NCBI GenBank assembly: GCA_942491805.1
Contig: CALOCG010000035.1
Coordinates: 96,408-160,407, forward strand
Source: Nitrospinota bacterium
GTDB taxonomy: Bacteria; Nitrospinota_A; UBA7883; JADGGD01
Length of the DNA stretch: 64,000 nucleotides
Reading direction: 5' to 3'
Positions 29,985 through 41,203 of the stretch are shown here, piece by piece. How positions within the stretch are numbered: position 1 is the first letter of the stretch; each line of letters starts with the position of its first letter. Both the position numbers and the translations under genes were made by a program. The notes beneath the pieces are model-generated. The model searched no databases and was not told the DNA's origin. It saw only the letters and a list, made by a program, of their open reading frames with translations.

Positions 29985-31040
29985 TCACCGCCTCCCTTTC
30001 TTCCCCTTCATGACCTCCCGCACCATCTTGCCGAACCGTTTGTCGTGAGCCCGCCGAGCCGCTTCATCGGCGCGACGGGCGGCGGAAGCCGATTCCCGCA
30101 AAAGCTTCCGGTAGCTTTCGAGACGACGGGGGGCCAACGTCCCCTCCTCCACCGCTTTTCTTACCGCGCATCCCGGTTCACTCTCATGAGCGCAATCGCC
30201 GAAACGACAGTCGGCGGCAAGCCGGGCGATATCGTCGAAGGTCTCGTCGATGCCGGTGTCGCTCTCGCCGGTGAGGCCGAGTTCCCGAAATCCGGGGAGG
30301 TCGATGACCATGCCGCCGGTCGGCAACAGGAGAAGCCGACGGCTGGTGGTAGTGTGTCGCCCTTTGCCATCCCCCTCCCGGACGGCGCCGGTGGCCATCA
30401 GCTCGACCCCCGCCAGCCGATTGACCAGCGACGATTTCCCGGCGCCCGAAGGGCCGAGCGACGCCACGGTAACGCCGGGGGCGAAATGGGATGCGACCTC
30501 ATCGACCCCTTCGCCGGTGACGACACTAACGACGTTCACCGTCGCATCGTTGGCGACGTCGGCCACCCGTCGCCGTTCCCCCGCAGCGTCTTCGGCCAGA
30601 TCGGCTTTGGTCAAGACGATAACCGGACGGACCCCGCCTCCCCGCACCAACGCCAGTGAGCGCTCCACAAGGTTGAGTCGGACCGGGCCGGTGAGGGGGA
30701 GAACGATCAGTCCGACATCGACGTTGGCGGCCATCGGTTGCGCACGGGCGCCCCCCACCCGGGCGATGCCGTTCATGCGGGGAAGTATCCTATGGACCAA
30801 CCCCCGTTCTTCGTCGAGCGGTAAGGCGACGACCCAATCCCCCACCGCCGGGGGCCAGTCGGTCTCGTCGCCCAGAAGACGTCCCGACGGTTCGGCGATC
30901 AGCTTTCCCCGTTCGGTGACGATATGGATTTCGTTGCGGCCCGGTTCGATGACGCGGGCCGGTCGTAGCGGCGCTTTTTCGTCCGCCGGAATGGTGTCGG
31001 CGATTTCGGTCGTAAAACCCCAGTCGCTATAAAAAGACAT
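29985..31040 (-). CDS. rsgA: Ribosome small subunit-dependent GTPase A
   Basis: PAVGDWV, TKAD, GPSGAGKSSL, GRHTTT, DLPG, CRFGDCAHESEPGC zinc site. Confidence 0.93.
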   Translation of the reverse strand: MSFYSDWGFTTEIADTIPADEKAPLRPARVIEPGRNEIHIVTERGKLIAEPSGRLLGDETDWPPAVGDWVVALPLDEERGLVHRILPRMNGIARVGGARAQPMAANVDVGLIVLPLTGPVRLNLVERSLALVRGGGVRPVIVLTKADLAEDAAGERRRVADVANDATVNVVSVVTGEGVDEVASHFAPGVTVASLGPSGAGKSSLVNRLAGVELMATGAVREGDGKGRHTTTSRRLLLLPTGGMVIDLPGFRELGLTGESDTGIDETFDDIARLAADCRFGDCAHESEPGCAVRKAVEEGTLAPRRLESYRKLLRESASAARRADEAARRAHDKRFGKMVREVMKGKKGRR

Positions 31041-31183
31041 GGCTCTCCCTTTCTTCGATTCGATGGATGATGAATCGGGGCGGGAAGGGGCGTTACGCCT
31101 CGCTTAACCCGCCGTGGAAGAAAACAAGGGGAGCGTGTCGCAAAAAATCTCCTTCGATCAGGTGACGTTTACAGTATACTCGA

Positions 31184-32855
31184 TCACGGGGCGATGGCCG
31201 TCTCCCCCCGCAGGTGGCGGCTCTTCGGAACCCACCACGACGGGAAGTTATAGCCGATCCCGGCCGGGCCGGGGTCGATCCCCTCGATGCGCGACGAGAC
31301 GATGGGGGTCGCTTCCGGGTAGTAGAGGAAGGTATAGGGCTGTTCGTCGGCGAGAATCTCCTGGATACGGCCATAGACCTTCGCCCGCTCGGCTTTATCG
31401 AAGGCGCGCCGCCCCTTCTCCAACAGCGCATCGACCTCCTTATTGGCGTAGCCGACAAAGTTAAACTCTTTCGGGCCGGTCTTCGACGAATGCCAGATGT
31501 CGTAACCGTCGGGATCGAGCCCCAAGGACCAGCCGAGGATGATCGCGTCGAAATCGCGGGCGTCGATGAAGTTCTTGATGAAGGAGGACCATTCGACGAT
31601 CCGTATCTCGACCTTCATGCCGATCTCTTTGAGGCGGCGTTGCACGATCTCGGCGGTCTTTTTACGGGGCGCGTTCCCCTGGTTGGTGACCAGCGTAAAG
31701 CCGAACGGTTTTCCGCCTCGGTCGACGATTCCGTCGCCGTCGGTGTCGGCCCACCCCGCTTCGGCCAGGAGCGCCTTGGCTTTGGCCGGGTCGAAAGGAT
31801 AGCGGCGCACGTTATCGCTGTAGGCCCAGGTCCCCGGTTTCATCGGGCCGGTGGCGGGGCGTCCGAGCCCCATAAGAACCCCGTCGACCAACTCATTTTT
31901 GTCGATGGCGTGGGTGATCGCCCGGCGGACCCGCGCGTCTTGGAAGAGGGGGCGCGCAAGGTTGTAACCGATGTAGGTGTAGCCGTTGCCGAGGTACCGG
32001 TACTTCTTGAATCGCTCTTCCCATTCCGGCCCGTCGGTCTGCCGGGTGAACTGGATCGGATCGAGCCCCATCATGTCGATATTCCCGGTTTTCAGTTCGA
32101 GGAACTGGGTCGCCGGATCGGGAATGACCCGGTATTGGATTCGAGCGATGTGGGGTTCCCCTTTGACCATGTAATCGGGGTTGGCGCTTAAGACTACGCG
32201 CGCCTGCGGCTCCCAGTTGTCGAGCTTATAGGGACCGGTCCCGACCGGTTTGCGCGACAGGGGATGCTTGGCCAAGTCGGCAGGCTTCACCTCTTTTAAC
32301 ACATGACGCGGCAGGCCGGTCATCCCGCCGATCCGGGATAAAGCCGGGGCGTACGGTTCGTCGTAGCGGACGACGAAAGTGTTGGCGTCGGGGGCCTTCG
32401 CTTCGGCGATCTGCATGAACGGTTCTTTATAGGCCGACGGAACGTCCGGGTCGATCATCATCTGGTACTGGAAGAGAAGATCGTCGGAGGTGAAGGGGGC
32501 GCCATCGTGCCATTTCAAACCTTCCCGCAGGTGAAAAGTGATGGTCAGCCCGTCGTCTGATATCTCGTACGACTCGGCCAGATCGGGAATCTGGTTCATG
32601 TTCTTATCGACGGTCAGGAGAGACGAATAGACGTAGCCTTGTATGTCGGACGAGGCCGAGTCGCCGGAGAGAAAGGGAATGAGCGAACTGGCGTCGCCGA
32701 TAGAGGCTTCGACGAACAGGTCGCCGAAGTCGGCGGGGGTCGGGCCGGTGGCCGCTTTCTCTTTTACCGGGGGCGCCGCCGGAGGAGGGGGCGGTGGCCG
32801 GTTGCGGTTCGCAGGCGACGACAAGAGAGAGAGCAAGCAGCGGAATGAAGCGCAT
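31184..32855 (-). CDS. ABC peptide/nickel transporter substrate-binding lipoprotein (family 5); +1 frameshift near 32770-32790
   Basis: Signal/lipobox MRFIPLLALSLVVAC (ATG 32855) lies one frame off the body (PDLAES, LREGLKWHDG, PVGTGPY); removing one base from a C5 run joins them. Confidence 0.88.
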
Positions 32856-32898
32856 CGATTTTCCTTTGGGCGGATCGGTTTCTCCGATTATAGAAGAC

Positions 32899-33489
32899 TC
32901 ACGCCTCCTCGTCTTCTTTTCCGGCGCGTCGGTCATCTTCCAAGCGTCGCCACGCTCTGGCGTCGCCGAAGTCGGGAAAACGATAATAATACTGATGGCG
33001 CCCTTTAGCGTGGCGAGCATGCTTGATGCCGCACCAAGACCGCTCGGTCCGCCCGCCCACCTCCCGGGCGTAGGCGATGACCCCGTTGCCGTAGCCGCAG
33101 TAGGCGCAATTGACCTTCTCGATAAGGTTCAGATAGGCGAGCCGGTGCCGATCGACGATGACGAAATCGCTCCGCTTCGCTTTCTCAAGGCCGTAGACCG
33201 GAAAGCAGATCGCCTGATAGACCGTCACCATCAGGTCGAGGAGAACGAAGGGGACGATGAGGGAGTAGATCACCGGGGCGGTCAGGACGATCATCGGGCT
33301 GGCTTCCCGCACGAACCGGTAGAGCCCCCGACGGAACCGAAGTTGTCCCACTTTCACGCTCCGCTCGAAACGGGCCTTCCCTTCGGCCAGCTCCACCCCG
33401 AACCGGCGGCGGGTTTCTACGAGCTCCTCCTCCACCTCCGCTTCCAACTCGCCGATCTTTTTAAGCAACTCCGCGACTCGTTCGTTCAT
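32899..33489 (-). CDS. Conserved hypothetical membrane-associated protein with CxxC
   Basis: ATG 33489 after aaggagg; coiled N-terminus, TM helix, YLNLIEKVNCAYCGYGNG and WCGIKH. Confidence 0.75.
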   Translation of the reverse strand: MNERVAELLKKIGELEAEVEEELVETRRRFGVELAEGKARFERSVKVGQLRFRRGLYRFVREASPMIVLTAPVIYSLIVPFVLLDLMVTVYQAICFPVYGLEKAKRSDFVIVDRHRLAYLNLIEKVNCAYCGYGNGVIAYAREVGGRTERSWCGIKHARHAKGRHQYYYRFPDFGDARAWRRLEDDRRAGKEDEEA

Positions 33490-33582
33490 GGCGTCCTCCT
33501 TTGCCGCATCATACACCTTCCGCATCTTCAGCCCCGGTAGGCTACAATGTTGCTCGAGCCGATAAACCGCAAGGAGCCTGAC

Positions 33583-34860
33583 GTGACCTTTTCCCCTTAC
33601 GAAAAATCGACGCTGGCCAACGGCCTGCGCGTTCTGACCGTTCCGATGCCGGGCGTCCGCTCGGTGACGGTGATGGTGATGGCCGCCGTCGGCAGCCGTT
33701 ACGAGTCGCGCCGCGAAAACGGCATCGCCCATTTCATGGAACATATGTTCTTCAAGGGCGCCAAACGGTACCCCGACACCATGGCGGTCTCGTCGGCCAT
33801 CGACGGGGTGGGAGGGGTTTTTAACGCTTTCACCAGCGAAGAGAAGGTCGCCTATTTCGTCAAACTCTCGTCGGCCAAACGAAGGATCGCTTTCGACGTC
33901 CTCTCCGACATGCTCCTTAACTCGAAGTTCGACGACGACGAAATCGAACGGGAGAAGGGGGTGATCATCGAAGAGATTCGGATGTATCAGGACGACCCGA
34001 TGAGCAAAACCCAGATCGATTTCAAACGCCATTTCTACGGCGACCAGCCGTTGGGTTGGGATATCGCCGGGCCGGAGGAGAACATCCGCGCGGTGAAGCG
34101 GGACGATTTCCTTCATTTCCTCGACGAACATTACGCCGCCGACAACCTGATCCTCGTCGCGGCCGGCGACATCAGCCACGACGAGAATATGGCGTTGACC
34201 GAAGAGTTTTTCACCTTCACTCATCGCCGGGGGAAAAAGGCGGCGCTCCCTTTCGTCGCCCCTCCGGCGGGAGAACGGTCGATCTTGACCCGGCGCGATA
34301 TCGAGCAGGCCCACTTTATCATCGGTTTCCCGACACCGGGAGACGAACACCCGGATCAGCCGGCGTTAAAAATCTTTAACAACGCCTTCGGCGGCACCAT
34401 GAGCAGTCGGCTCTTCCATCAGGTGCGGGAACGACGCGGCTTGGCCTACTATGTCCGTTCCGGCAGGTCGGCCTATACCGACGCCGGGGCGATAAAGATC
34501 TCCGCCGGGGTGAATGTCAATAAGCTGGAAGAGGCGATCGCCTGCGTCATGGAGGAGGTCGTAAAAGCCTCCGCCGACGGCCTGACCGCCGACGAAGTGG
34601 CCAAGGCAAAAGAGAACATCAAGGGACGGCTCGACCTGTCGCTGGAAGATTCGATGTCGATGGCGTCTCTTATCTCCTCCCGCGAAGCGCTCCACGGCGA
34701 AGTGAAAACGCCGGAAGACTTGGTGGCCGAGATCGACGCGGTCACCGTGGAGCAGGTGGCCGACGTCGCCGCCCGTTACCTCGACCGGTCGAAAGTGAAA
34801 CTTGGCGTCCTCGGCCCCTTCGACGACGGCGCCCCGTTCGACGCCGCGTTGGGGGGATAG
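33583..34860 (+). CDS. M16B zinc peptidase (cytoplasmic)
   Basis: GIAHFMEHMFFKG, NAFTSEE, SSRLFHQVRERRGLAY; GTG start after aaggag. Confidence 0.92.
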   Translation: MTFSPYEKSTLANGLRVLTVPMPGVRSVTVMVMAAVGSRYESRRENGIAHFMEHMFFKGAKRYPDTMAVSSAIDGVGGVFNAFTSEEKVAYFVKLSSAKRRIAFDVLSDMLLNSKFDDDEIEREKGVIIEEIRMYQDDPMSKTQIDFKRHFYGDQPLGWDIAGPEENIRAVKRDDFLHFLDEHYAADNLILVAAGDISHDENMALTEEFFTFTHRRGKKAALPFVAPPAGERSILTRRDIEQAHFIIGFPTPGDEHPDQPALKIFNNAFGGTMSSRLFHQVRERRGLAYYVRSGRSAYTDAGAIKISAGVNVNKLEEAIACVMEEVVKASADGLTADEVAKAKENIKGRLDLSLEDSMSMASLISSREALHGEVKTPEDLVAEIDAVTVEQVADVAARYLDRSKVKLGVLGPFDDGAPFDAALGG

Positions 34861-34862
34861 CG

Positions 34863-35324
34863 ATGCGCACGATTCTGACCGTCTGTTCCGGGAACCTCTG
34901 CCGGTCGCCGATGGCCGAGTACCTTCTCCGCTCGGCGCTGGCCAAAGAGGGGGTCACCGATATCGACGTCGCCAGCGCAGGGGTGGCCGCCTATGAAGGG
35001 GAGAAAGCGCTGGCCCATACCCGGTCGTTCATGGCGTCCCAAGGGTACGACTTGGAACCGCATCGAACGCGGCGGTTGACCAGGGAGATGATCGACGAAG
35101 CGGAGTTGATCCTGCTGGCCGACCGGAGTCACTTGGCCTCGGCGATGATGATCGCGCCGGAAGCGTCGGAGAAGTTCGTTCTGATGGCGACGCTCGATCC
35201 CCACGCCGACAGCGATGAGATCGCCGACCCTTACGGCGGGGGGGACGACGGCTTCATGCGCGCCTATCAGGTGATCAAACGGGGAAGCCAAGCGTTGGCC
35301 GAGAAGCTGGCGGAGCGAGGTTAA
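34863..35324 (+). CDS. Low-molecular-weight protein tyrosine/arginine phosphatase
   Basis: VCSGNLCRSPMAE P-loop and IADPYGG. Confidence 0.92.
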   Translation: MRTILTVCSGNLCRSPMAEYLLRSALAKEGVTDIDVASAGVAAYEGEKALAHTRSFMASQGYDLEPHRTRRLTREMIDEAELILLADRSHLASAMMIAPEASEKFVLMATLDPHADSDEIADPYGGGDDGFMRAYQVIKRGSQALAEKLAERG

Positions 35325-35659
35325 CCCCCGCCCCCCGGTTTCGGCGCCGGGACCCGGAGGTTCTTCTTCTCGGTGATCCAGACGACGCCGTCGATTTTCA
35401 CTTTCACGGTTTTGAAAAACATCCGCAAGCCGACGGTCTCGACGATCTGCGCCCTGAAGTTATAGAGGCATTCCCCCGATTCGAGCAACGCCGACCGGGC
35501 GGCTTCGTTTTTCTCTTCGACCCCCTTCTGCCACGCTTTGAGTCCGTCGTCACCTTTGCAAAGGATGGCGCCGGAGATCAGCTTGTAGCTGTCGGCGAAG
35601 GCAGGGGGGGCGAGAAGGAGAAGAGTGGCCAACGTCAAGGTTACGTATCGTCGATGCAT
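35321..35659 (-). CDS. Hypothetical secreted protein
   Basis: Signal peptide ending PPAFA; two cysteines; follows lepB on the same strand. Confidence 0.65.
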   Translation of the reverse strand: MHRRYVTLTLATLLLLAPPAFADSYKLISGAILCKGDDGLKAWQKGVEEKNEAARSALLESGECLYNFRAQIVETVGLRMFFKTVKVKIDGVVWITEKKNLRVPAPKPGGGG

Positions 35660-35675
35660 GACGCGTCCCCTCTCG

Positions 35676-36254
35676 TTATTCCAATAGATGTCCCAGCCGC
35701 CCCCACCGAACCCCCCAACCGCCGTTGTTCCACGACCAGTGTATCAGGAAAGCTTTGCCGTGCATCAGCTCGCGCGGCAAGGCGCCCCAATAGCGGCTGT
35801 CTTGGCTATGGTTCCGGTTGTCCCCCATCATGAAGTAGCTCCCGGCGGGGATGGCGACTTTCGGATAACGGTAGGCTTTCCCCAGCGAGAAGGGGGTCGG
35901 GTCCCACCGGGCGTACGGCTCGTCGAGGGCTTTCCCGTCGACATAGACCGTCTCCCCTTTCACCTCCAACGTTTCGCCGGGAAGGCCGACGATCCGTTTC
36001 ACGAAATCGACCTCCGGGTTGCGGGGGTATTGGAAGACGACGATGTCGCCTCGTTGGGGGTCGCTATAGCGATAGCGGAGCTTGTCGACCAACAGATGAT
36101 CGCCGATCAGAAGAGTCGACACCATCGATTCCGACGGAATCTTGAACGCCTGCACCACGTAGGTGCGAACGACAAACGCCAGCAACAATGCGATGCCGAT
36201 GGCTTTCAGATATTCGGCGGTCAATCCACCTTTAGAGGTCGTCGTTTCTTCCAT
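35676..36254 (-). CDS. lepB: Signal peptidase I (copy 1)
   Basis: IPSESM (Ser), FVKRIVG (Lys), MGDNRNHSQDSRYWG. Confidence 0.95.
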   Translation of the reverse strand: MEETTTSKGGLTAEYLKAIGIALLLAFVVRTYVVQAFKIPSESMVSTLLIGDHLLVDKLRYRYSDPQRGDIVVFQYPRNPEVDFVKRIVGLPGETLEVKGETVYVDGKALDEPYARWDPTPFSLGKAYRYPKVAIPAGSYFMMGDNRNHSQDSRYWGALPRELMHGKAFLIHWSWNNGGWGVRWGRLGHLLE

Positions 36255-36257
36255 CGT

Positions 36258-36821
36258 CTATCCCAACAGCGTGCCGAGCCGTCCCCATCGGACGCCCCAG
36301 CCGTCGTTTTTCCACGACCAATGGATGATGAGAGCCCGCCCGATCATCTGATCGCGCGGGAGGAATCCCCACCCGCGGGAGTCGAAGCTATGGTCGCGGT
36401 TATCCCCCATCATGAAGTAGTGGTCGCGGGGGATGGTGACCGGGCCGAAATCCCGTTTCACCGGCAGGGCCGGGTCGAGTTGGGCGTACGGCTCGTCGAG
36501 GGAAGCGCCGTCGATGACGGCGTGGCCGTCGACCACTTCTATGGTCTCGCCGGGAAGACCCACCACCCGTTTCACCAGGTCGGCGCCGCGCGGCTCGAAG
36601 GGATTGGCGAAGACGACGATCTCGCCGCGTTCGATCCGCCCGAAATGGGGTGAGAGTTTCTCGACGATCATATGGTCGCCGATAAGGAGGGTCTTCTCCA
36701 TCGACTCGCTCGGGACATGATACGACTGGGCGACGGTCGCCCGGAAGACGAGGGCGAAGAGAACCGCGCCGACGCCCCATACAAGAGTCCGCATCGCTTC
36801 TGATTTCGGCGACGAACTCAT
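36258..36821 (-). CDS. lepB: Signal peptidase I (copy 2)
   Basis: [28 protein letters not shown]; ATG 36821 overlaps the lepA stop. Confidence 0.93.
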   Translation of the reverse strand: MSSSPKSEAMRTLVWGVGAVLFALVFRATVAQSYHVPSESMEKTLLIGDHMIVEKLSPHFGRIERGEIVVFANPFEPRGADLVKRVVGLPGETIEVVDGHAVIDGASLDEPYAQLDPALPVKRDFGPVTIPRDHYFMMGDNRDHSFDSRGWGFLPRDQMIGRALIIHWSWKNDGWGVRWGRLGTLLG

Positions 36822-38623
36822 GACGACGATCCGCCGGTGTCTGACTTGAGCATGGCCAAAAACGCCTCTTGCGGAATCTCGACCCGCCCGACGGTCTTCA
36901 TCCGCTTCTTCCCCTCTTTCTGTTTTTCGAGGAGCTTTCGTTTGCGGGTGATGTCGCCGCCGTAACATTTGGCGAGAACGTTCTTGCGCAACGCCTTCAC
37001 CGTAGAACGGGCGACGATTTTGCCGCCGATGGCCGCCTGAATGGCGATGTCGAACATTTGTCGGGGAATGAGTTCTTGCATCCGTTCGGTCAGTTCCCGC
37101 CCCACGAAGTGGGCTTTGTCCCGGTGGACGATGGTCGAAAGGGTATCGACCGGTTCACCGTTGACCAACAGGTCGAGCTTTACCAGATCGGCCCGTTGAT
37201 AGTCGGAGAATTCGTAATCCATCGACGCGTAACCACGGGTGACGGTCTTCAAGCGGTCGTAGAAATCGAGAACCACCTCGTTGAGCGGCAAGGAGTAGGT
37301 GAGCGACACACGGGTCGGCGTCAGGTACTCCATTTTCTTTTGCGTCCCCCGCCGTTCGTTGCAAAGGGTCATGACCGCGCCGACGTATTCATCCGGCATC
37401 ATGATATTCGCGTCGATCAACGGCTCTTCGATGGAGGCCCGATGGGTCGGGTCGGGGAGTTTGGCCGGGCTGTCGACCATCAGGATCGAGCCGTCGTTCA
37501 TGTTGATCTTATAGATGACCGTCGGGGCGGTCGTGATCAGGTCGACGTTGAACTCCCGCTCCAGCCGCTCTTGGATGATGCTCATGTGCAACAGGCCGAG
37601 GAACCCGCAGCGAAATCCGAAGCCGAGCGCCAAGCTGGTCTCCGGCTCATAGGAGAAGGAGCTATCGTTGAGGCGGAGTTTCCCCAGCGCGTCGCGCAAC
37701 GATTCGTAGGCGTCGCTTTCGGTCGGGTAGAGGCCGGAGAAGACCATCGGCTTGGCCTCCATAAAACCGGGCAACATCTCAGTCGCCCCCCCTTTGGCCA
37801 GAGTCACCGTATCGCCGATCTTGGCGTCGTCGATATCGCGAATGGCCCCGGCGAAGACCCCCACCTCCCCGGCGGAGAGTTCTTTGATCGGCGTCGCTTT
37901 GGGGCGCAACACCGCCATCATCTCGATCCCGTGGGTTACGTCGGTGGCCATGAAGCGGATTTGGTCTTTCAAACGCAACGTCCCGTCGATCATCCGCACA
38001 AGGCAGACCACCCCCTGATACTGGTCGTACCAGCTATCGAGCAGCAACGCGCGCGGGGCCGCTTCCATATCCCGTTTGGGAGGGGGAACCCGTTTGACGA
38101 TGGCTTCCAAGACGTTCTCGACACCGAGCCCGGTTTTGGCCGAGGTCTCGATCATCTCGGAACGGGGGATGCCGATGATCTCCCGAATCTGTTCGGCCAC
38201 CCCTTCCACGTCGGCGGAGGGGAGGTCGACCTTGTTGATGACCGGAATGATCTCGAGATCGGCCTCCAACGCCAGATGGACGTTGGCCAACGTCTGGGCT
38301 TCGATCCCCTGGGTCGCGTCGACCAAAAGAAGCGCCCCTTCGCAAGCCGACATGCTCCGGCTCACTTCATAGGAGAAGTCGACATGCCCCGGCGTGTCGA
38401 TCAGGTTCAGAACGTATTTCTTGCCGTCCTTGGCCACATAATCGAGCCGGGCGGTCTGGGCCTTGATGGTGATCCCCCGCTCCCGCTCGATGTCCATGGT
38501 GTCGAGGGCTTGATTCTTCATCTCCCGGTCGCTGATGGCGCCGGTCATCTGAAGAATACGATCGGCCAGGGTCGATTTCCCGTGGTCAATGTGAGCGATG
38601 ATCGAGAAGTTGCGAATGTCCAT
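36818..38623 (-). CDS. lepA: Elongation factor 4
   Basis: [51 protein letters not shown]. Confidence 0.98.
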   Translation of the reverse strand: MDIRNFSIIAHIDHGKSTLADRILQMTGAISDREMKNQALDTMDIERERGITIKAQTARLDYVAKDGKKYVLNLIDTPGHVDFSYEVSRSMSACEGALLLVDATQGIEAQTLANVHLALEADLEIIPVINKVDLPSADVEGVAEQIREIIGIPRSEMIETSAKTGLGVENVLEAIVKRVPPPKRDMEAAPRALLLDSWYDQYQGVVCLVRMIDGTLRLKDQIRFMATDVTHGIEMMAVLRPKATPIKELSAGEVGVFAGAIRDIDDAKIGDTVTLAKGGATEMLPGFMEAKPMVFSGLYPTESDAYESLRDALGKLRLNDSSFSYEPETSLALGFGFRCGFLGLLHMSIIQERLEREFNVDLITTAPTVIYKINMNDGSILMVDSPAKLPDPTHRASIEEPLIDANIMMPDEYVGAVMTLCNERRGTQKKMEYLTPTRVSLTYSLPLNEVVLDFYDRLKTVTRGYASMDYEFSDYQRADLVKLDLLVNGEPVDTLSTIVHRDKAHFVGRELTERMQELIPRQMFDIAIQAAIGGKIVARSTVKALRKNVLAKCYGGDITRKRKLLEKQKEGKKRMKTVGRVEIPQEAFLAMLKSDTGGSSS

Positions 38624-38707
38624 ATTTGATTGGCGTCGTCCAAAGAGCCAATGATACCATCTCACTTGAATGGGCGCCCTTATTTTGAGCCCGCCAATGA
38701 GGTACCG

Positions 38708-39889
38708 ATGAACGAGACCAATAACGGAAATCGAAAAGTTCTTTTGATCTTCGACGGAGGGAACGCCCCCGGCTACACCGCCGTGGCCACGTCGCTCACC
38801 GAAGAAGGGACCAAGCGGGGGTATAAAGTCACCGCCGCGTTCGAAGGGTTCCGGTCGCTCACCGGCGACCATCTCTCCGACGAGCGCCTTATCCGCCTCG
38901 TCATGAGCCGACGCCAGAGCTGGGCCTTGAACGCCAAGGGGATCTTCGCCCGGGCGGTCTATCGTCTCTCCGACCAACCCGGCTCAGAGTTCCGCTCCGA
39001 GCGATACCCCCGTTTTAAAGAGGCCGACAAGCAAGCCAAAGCGGTCGAATACATTCGAGAACACGAGTTCACCCATATCGTCGGTGTCGGCGGCAACGGG
39101 ACGCTGATGGGGATCAAGGCCTTGGGCGACCAGATGCCCGACCTTAAGACCGGTTTTATCAACGTCTCGGTCGATTCCGACATCGCCGGCGACATCTCGG
39201 TCGGCTACCTCACCGGCGTCGAAGAAGGCGCCAAGGTCGCCCGCGGTCTTTTCGACGACGCCTACACCCATAAACGGATCTATCTGTTGGAGATGATGGG
39301 GCGTGACTCGGGGAAGCACGCCCTAATGGCGGGGGGGTCGGCGCGGGCTCATCTGATCGTCCTGCCGGGAATGAACTTTAGCGACACCGTTCTGGCAGAC
39401 ATGGCCCAGAGTCTCGAGCAGGCCGACCATGCGCTGGTTATCGTGGCGGAGGGTTACGCCCGCGACGAACGGGCCAAACTCCTCCCCGAACGGATCGACG
39501 CCGCCACTTGGTTCCGCCGCCAGCTCATGGCCCACGGCCTGAGCGAAACCGACGAGCGGCGGATCATCGCCGAACCTTTCTCCCGTTTCTTGCGGGGGGT
39601 TCGCCCTCTCTACTTGGAACTGGGGATCGCCTACCTGAAGGCTTTTAATCTTTTCGACGCGTTCGAAGAAGGACGGACCGAAATCATGCCTTTCTACCTC
39701 GGCGAAACCGACCACGGCATTCGCCCTTTCGACGAACTGGCCACCAGCAACGCGGTTGATAGCAATCAGCTCGATATGATGGACCGGTGGAACATCCCGT
39801 CGTTACGGGAATATATCGCGTGCGAATACAGGGCCCGGTGCGACCTGAAAATCACCGGCAAACCGCACGGCAAGGAAATCTTCGACTAG
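38708..39889 (+). CDS. Divergent 6-phosphofructokinase (PfkA family)
   Basis: [33 protein letters not shown] correspond to PfkA motifs GGDAPG, GGDGS, TIDNDI, MGR, VAEG. Confidence 0.75.
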   Translation: MNETNNGNRKVLLIFDGGNAPGYTAVATSLTEEGTKRGYKVTAAFEGFRSLTGDHLSDERLIRLVMSRRQSWALNAKGIFARAVYRLSDQPGSEFRSERYPRFKEADKQAKAVEYIREHEFTHIVGVGGNGTLMGIKALGDQMPDLKTGFINVSVDSDIAGDISVGYLTGVEEGAKVARGLFDDAYTHKRIYLLEMMGRDSGKHALMAGGSARAHLIVLPGMNFSDTVLADMAQSLEQADHALVIVAEGYARDERAKLLPERIDAATWFRRQLMAHGLSETDERRIIAEPFSRFLRGVRPLYLELGIAYLKAFNLFDAFEEGRTEIMPFYLGETDHGIRPFDELATSNAVDSNQLDMMDRWNIPSLREYIACEYRARCDLKITGKPHGKEIFD

Positions 39890-39934
39890 CCCCCACGCGG
39901 GGGCGCAGGGCGGTATCTTTGGGGGTGGGCGACC

Positions 39935-41200
39935 CTACGCCGACTCTTTCGCCCGGACGATCTTCGCTCCCAGCGCCGACAGCTTCGCCTCCATCCGTTC
40001 GTATCCCCGGTCGAGGTGATAGACCCGGCTGATGACCGTCTCTCCCCGGGCCGCCAGCCCGGCCAAGACCAACGACGCCGACGCCCGCAGGTCGGAGGCC
40101 ATCACCGGGGCGCCGGAAAGATGGGAGACTCCCTTCACCGTGGCGGTGTCTCCCGAGACGGAGATGTTCGCCCCCATCCGTTGCAACTCGGCCACGTGCA
40201 TGAATCGGTTCTCGAAAATCTTTTCCCGCACCACGCTGGCGCCGTCGGCTAGGGTCATCAACGCCATGAACTGGGCCTGCATGTCGGTGGCGAAACCGGG
40301 AAAAGGCGCCGTGGTGATATCGACCGGCAGAATCTTCGGCCCGGCCACCACCCGGACCCAGTCGCCCCCTTCGGTAACGGTCGAGCCGCTCTTTTTCAGT
40401 TTGTCGGTCAGGGCGGCCACGAGGTCGGGTTCGATCCGCTCGACGGTGACGTCCCCGCCGGTGATGGCGGCGCCGACCATGAAGGTGCCTGCTTCGATCC
40501 GGTCGGGGACGATGGTGACGTCGGCCGGGTGGAGTTTCTCTACCCCTTTGACGGTGATGACCGGCGTCCCCGCGCCGGTGACGTCGGCCCCCATGGCGTT
40601 CATGAAATCGGCCAAGGCGGTCACTTCCGGCTCCCGCGCGGCGTTTTCGATGACGGTGGTCCCGTCGGCGGTGGCGGCGGCCATCATGATGTTCATGACG
40701 CCGGTGACGGTGACGAGGTCCATGACCACCCGCGCCCCGACCAGTCGTTTCGGCGCCCGGACTTCGACGTAGCCTCCGGCCAGTTCGATTTCGGCGCCTA
40801 AAGCTTCGATACCTTTGAGGTGCTGGTCGATGGGACGTTGGCCGATGGCGCAACCGCCGGGAAGGCTGACCCGGGCGTGCCCCTGTCGCGCCAGCAACGG
40901 ACCTAACGCCAAGACGGAAGCCCGCATGGTCCGCACCAGTTCGTAGGGGGCCTCGTCGCCGGTTAAGTTGGTGGTGTCGACGGCGTATCGGCCATGCCCT
41001 TCGTCGGACACGTCGGCGCCCATGGCGGCGAGAATGGCAACGATGGTGCGGATGTCACGCAGGTCGGGGACGTTGGCGAGCCGGAAGGTTCCGGGGGTCA
41101 GCAAGGTTGCGGCGAACAGCGGCAAGGCGGCGTTCTTCGCCCCGGACGCGGTCACCCGGCCATGCAGGGGGGCGCCCCCTTCGATCTTGATTAGGTCCAC
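39935..41200 (-). CDS. murA: UDP-N-acetylglucosamine 1-carboxyvinyltransferase
   Basis: SGAKNAALP, MRAS, LPGGCAIGQRP, PGFATDMQAQ, DLRASA. Confidence 0.97.
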   Translation of the reverse strand: MDLIKIEGGAPLHGRVTASGAKNAALPLFAATLLTPGTFRLANVPDLRDIRTIVAILAAMGADVSDEGHGRYAVDTTNLTGDEAPYELVRTMRASVLALGPLLARQGHARVSLPGGCAIGQRPIDQHLKGIEALGAEIELAGGYVEVRAPKRLVGARVVMDLVTVTGVMNIMMAAATADGTTVIENAAREPEVTALADFMNAMGADVTGAGTPVITVKGVEKLHPADVTIVPDRIEAGTFMVGAAITGGDVTVERIEPDLVAALTDKLKKSGSTVTEGGDWVRVVAGPKILPVDITTAPFPGFATDMQAQFMALMTLADGASVVREKIFENRFMHVAELQRMGANISVSGDTATVKGVSHLSGAPVMASDLRASASLVLAGLAARGETVISRVYHLDRGYERMEAKLSALGAKIVRAKESA

Positions 41201-41203
41201 ACG

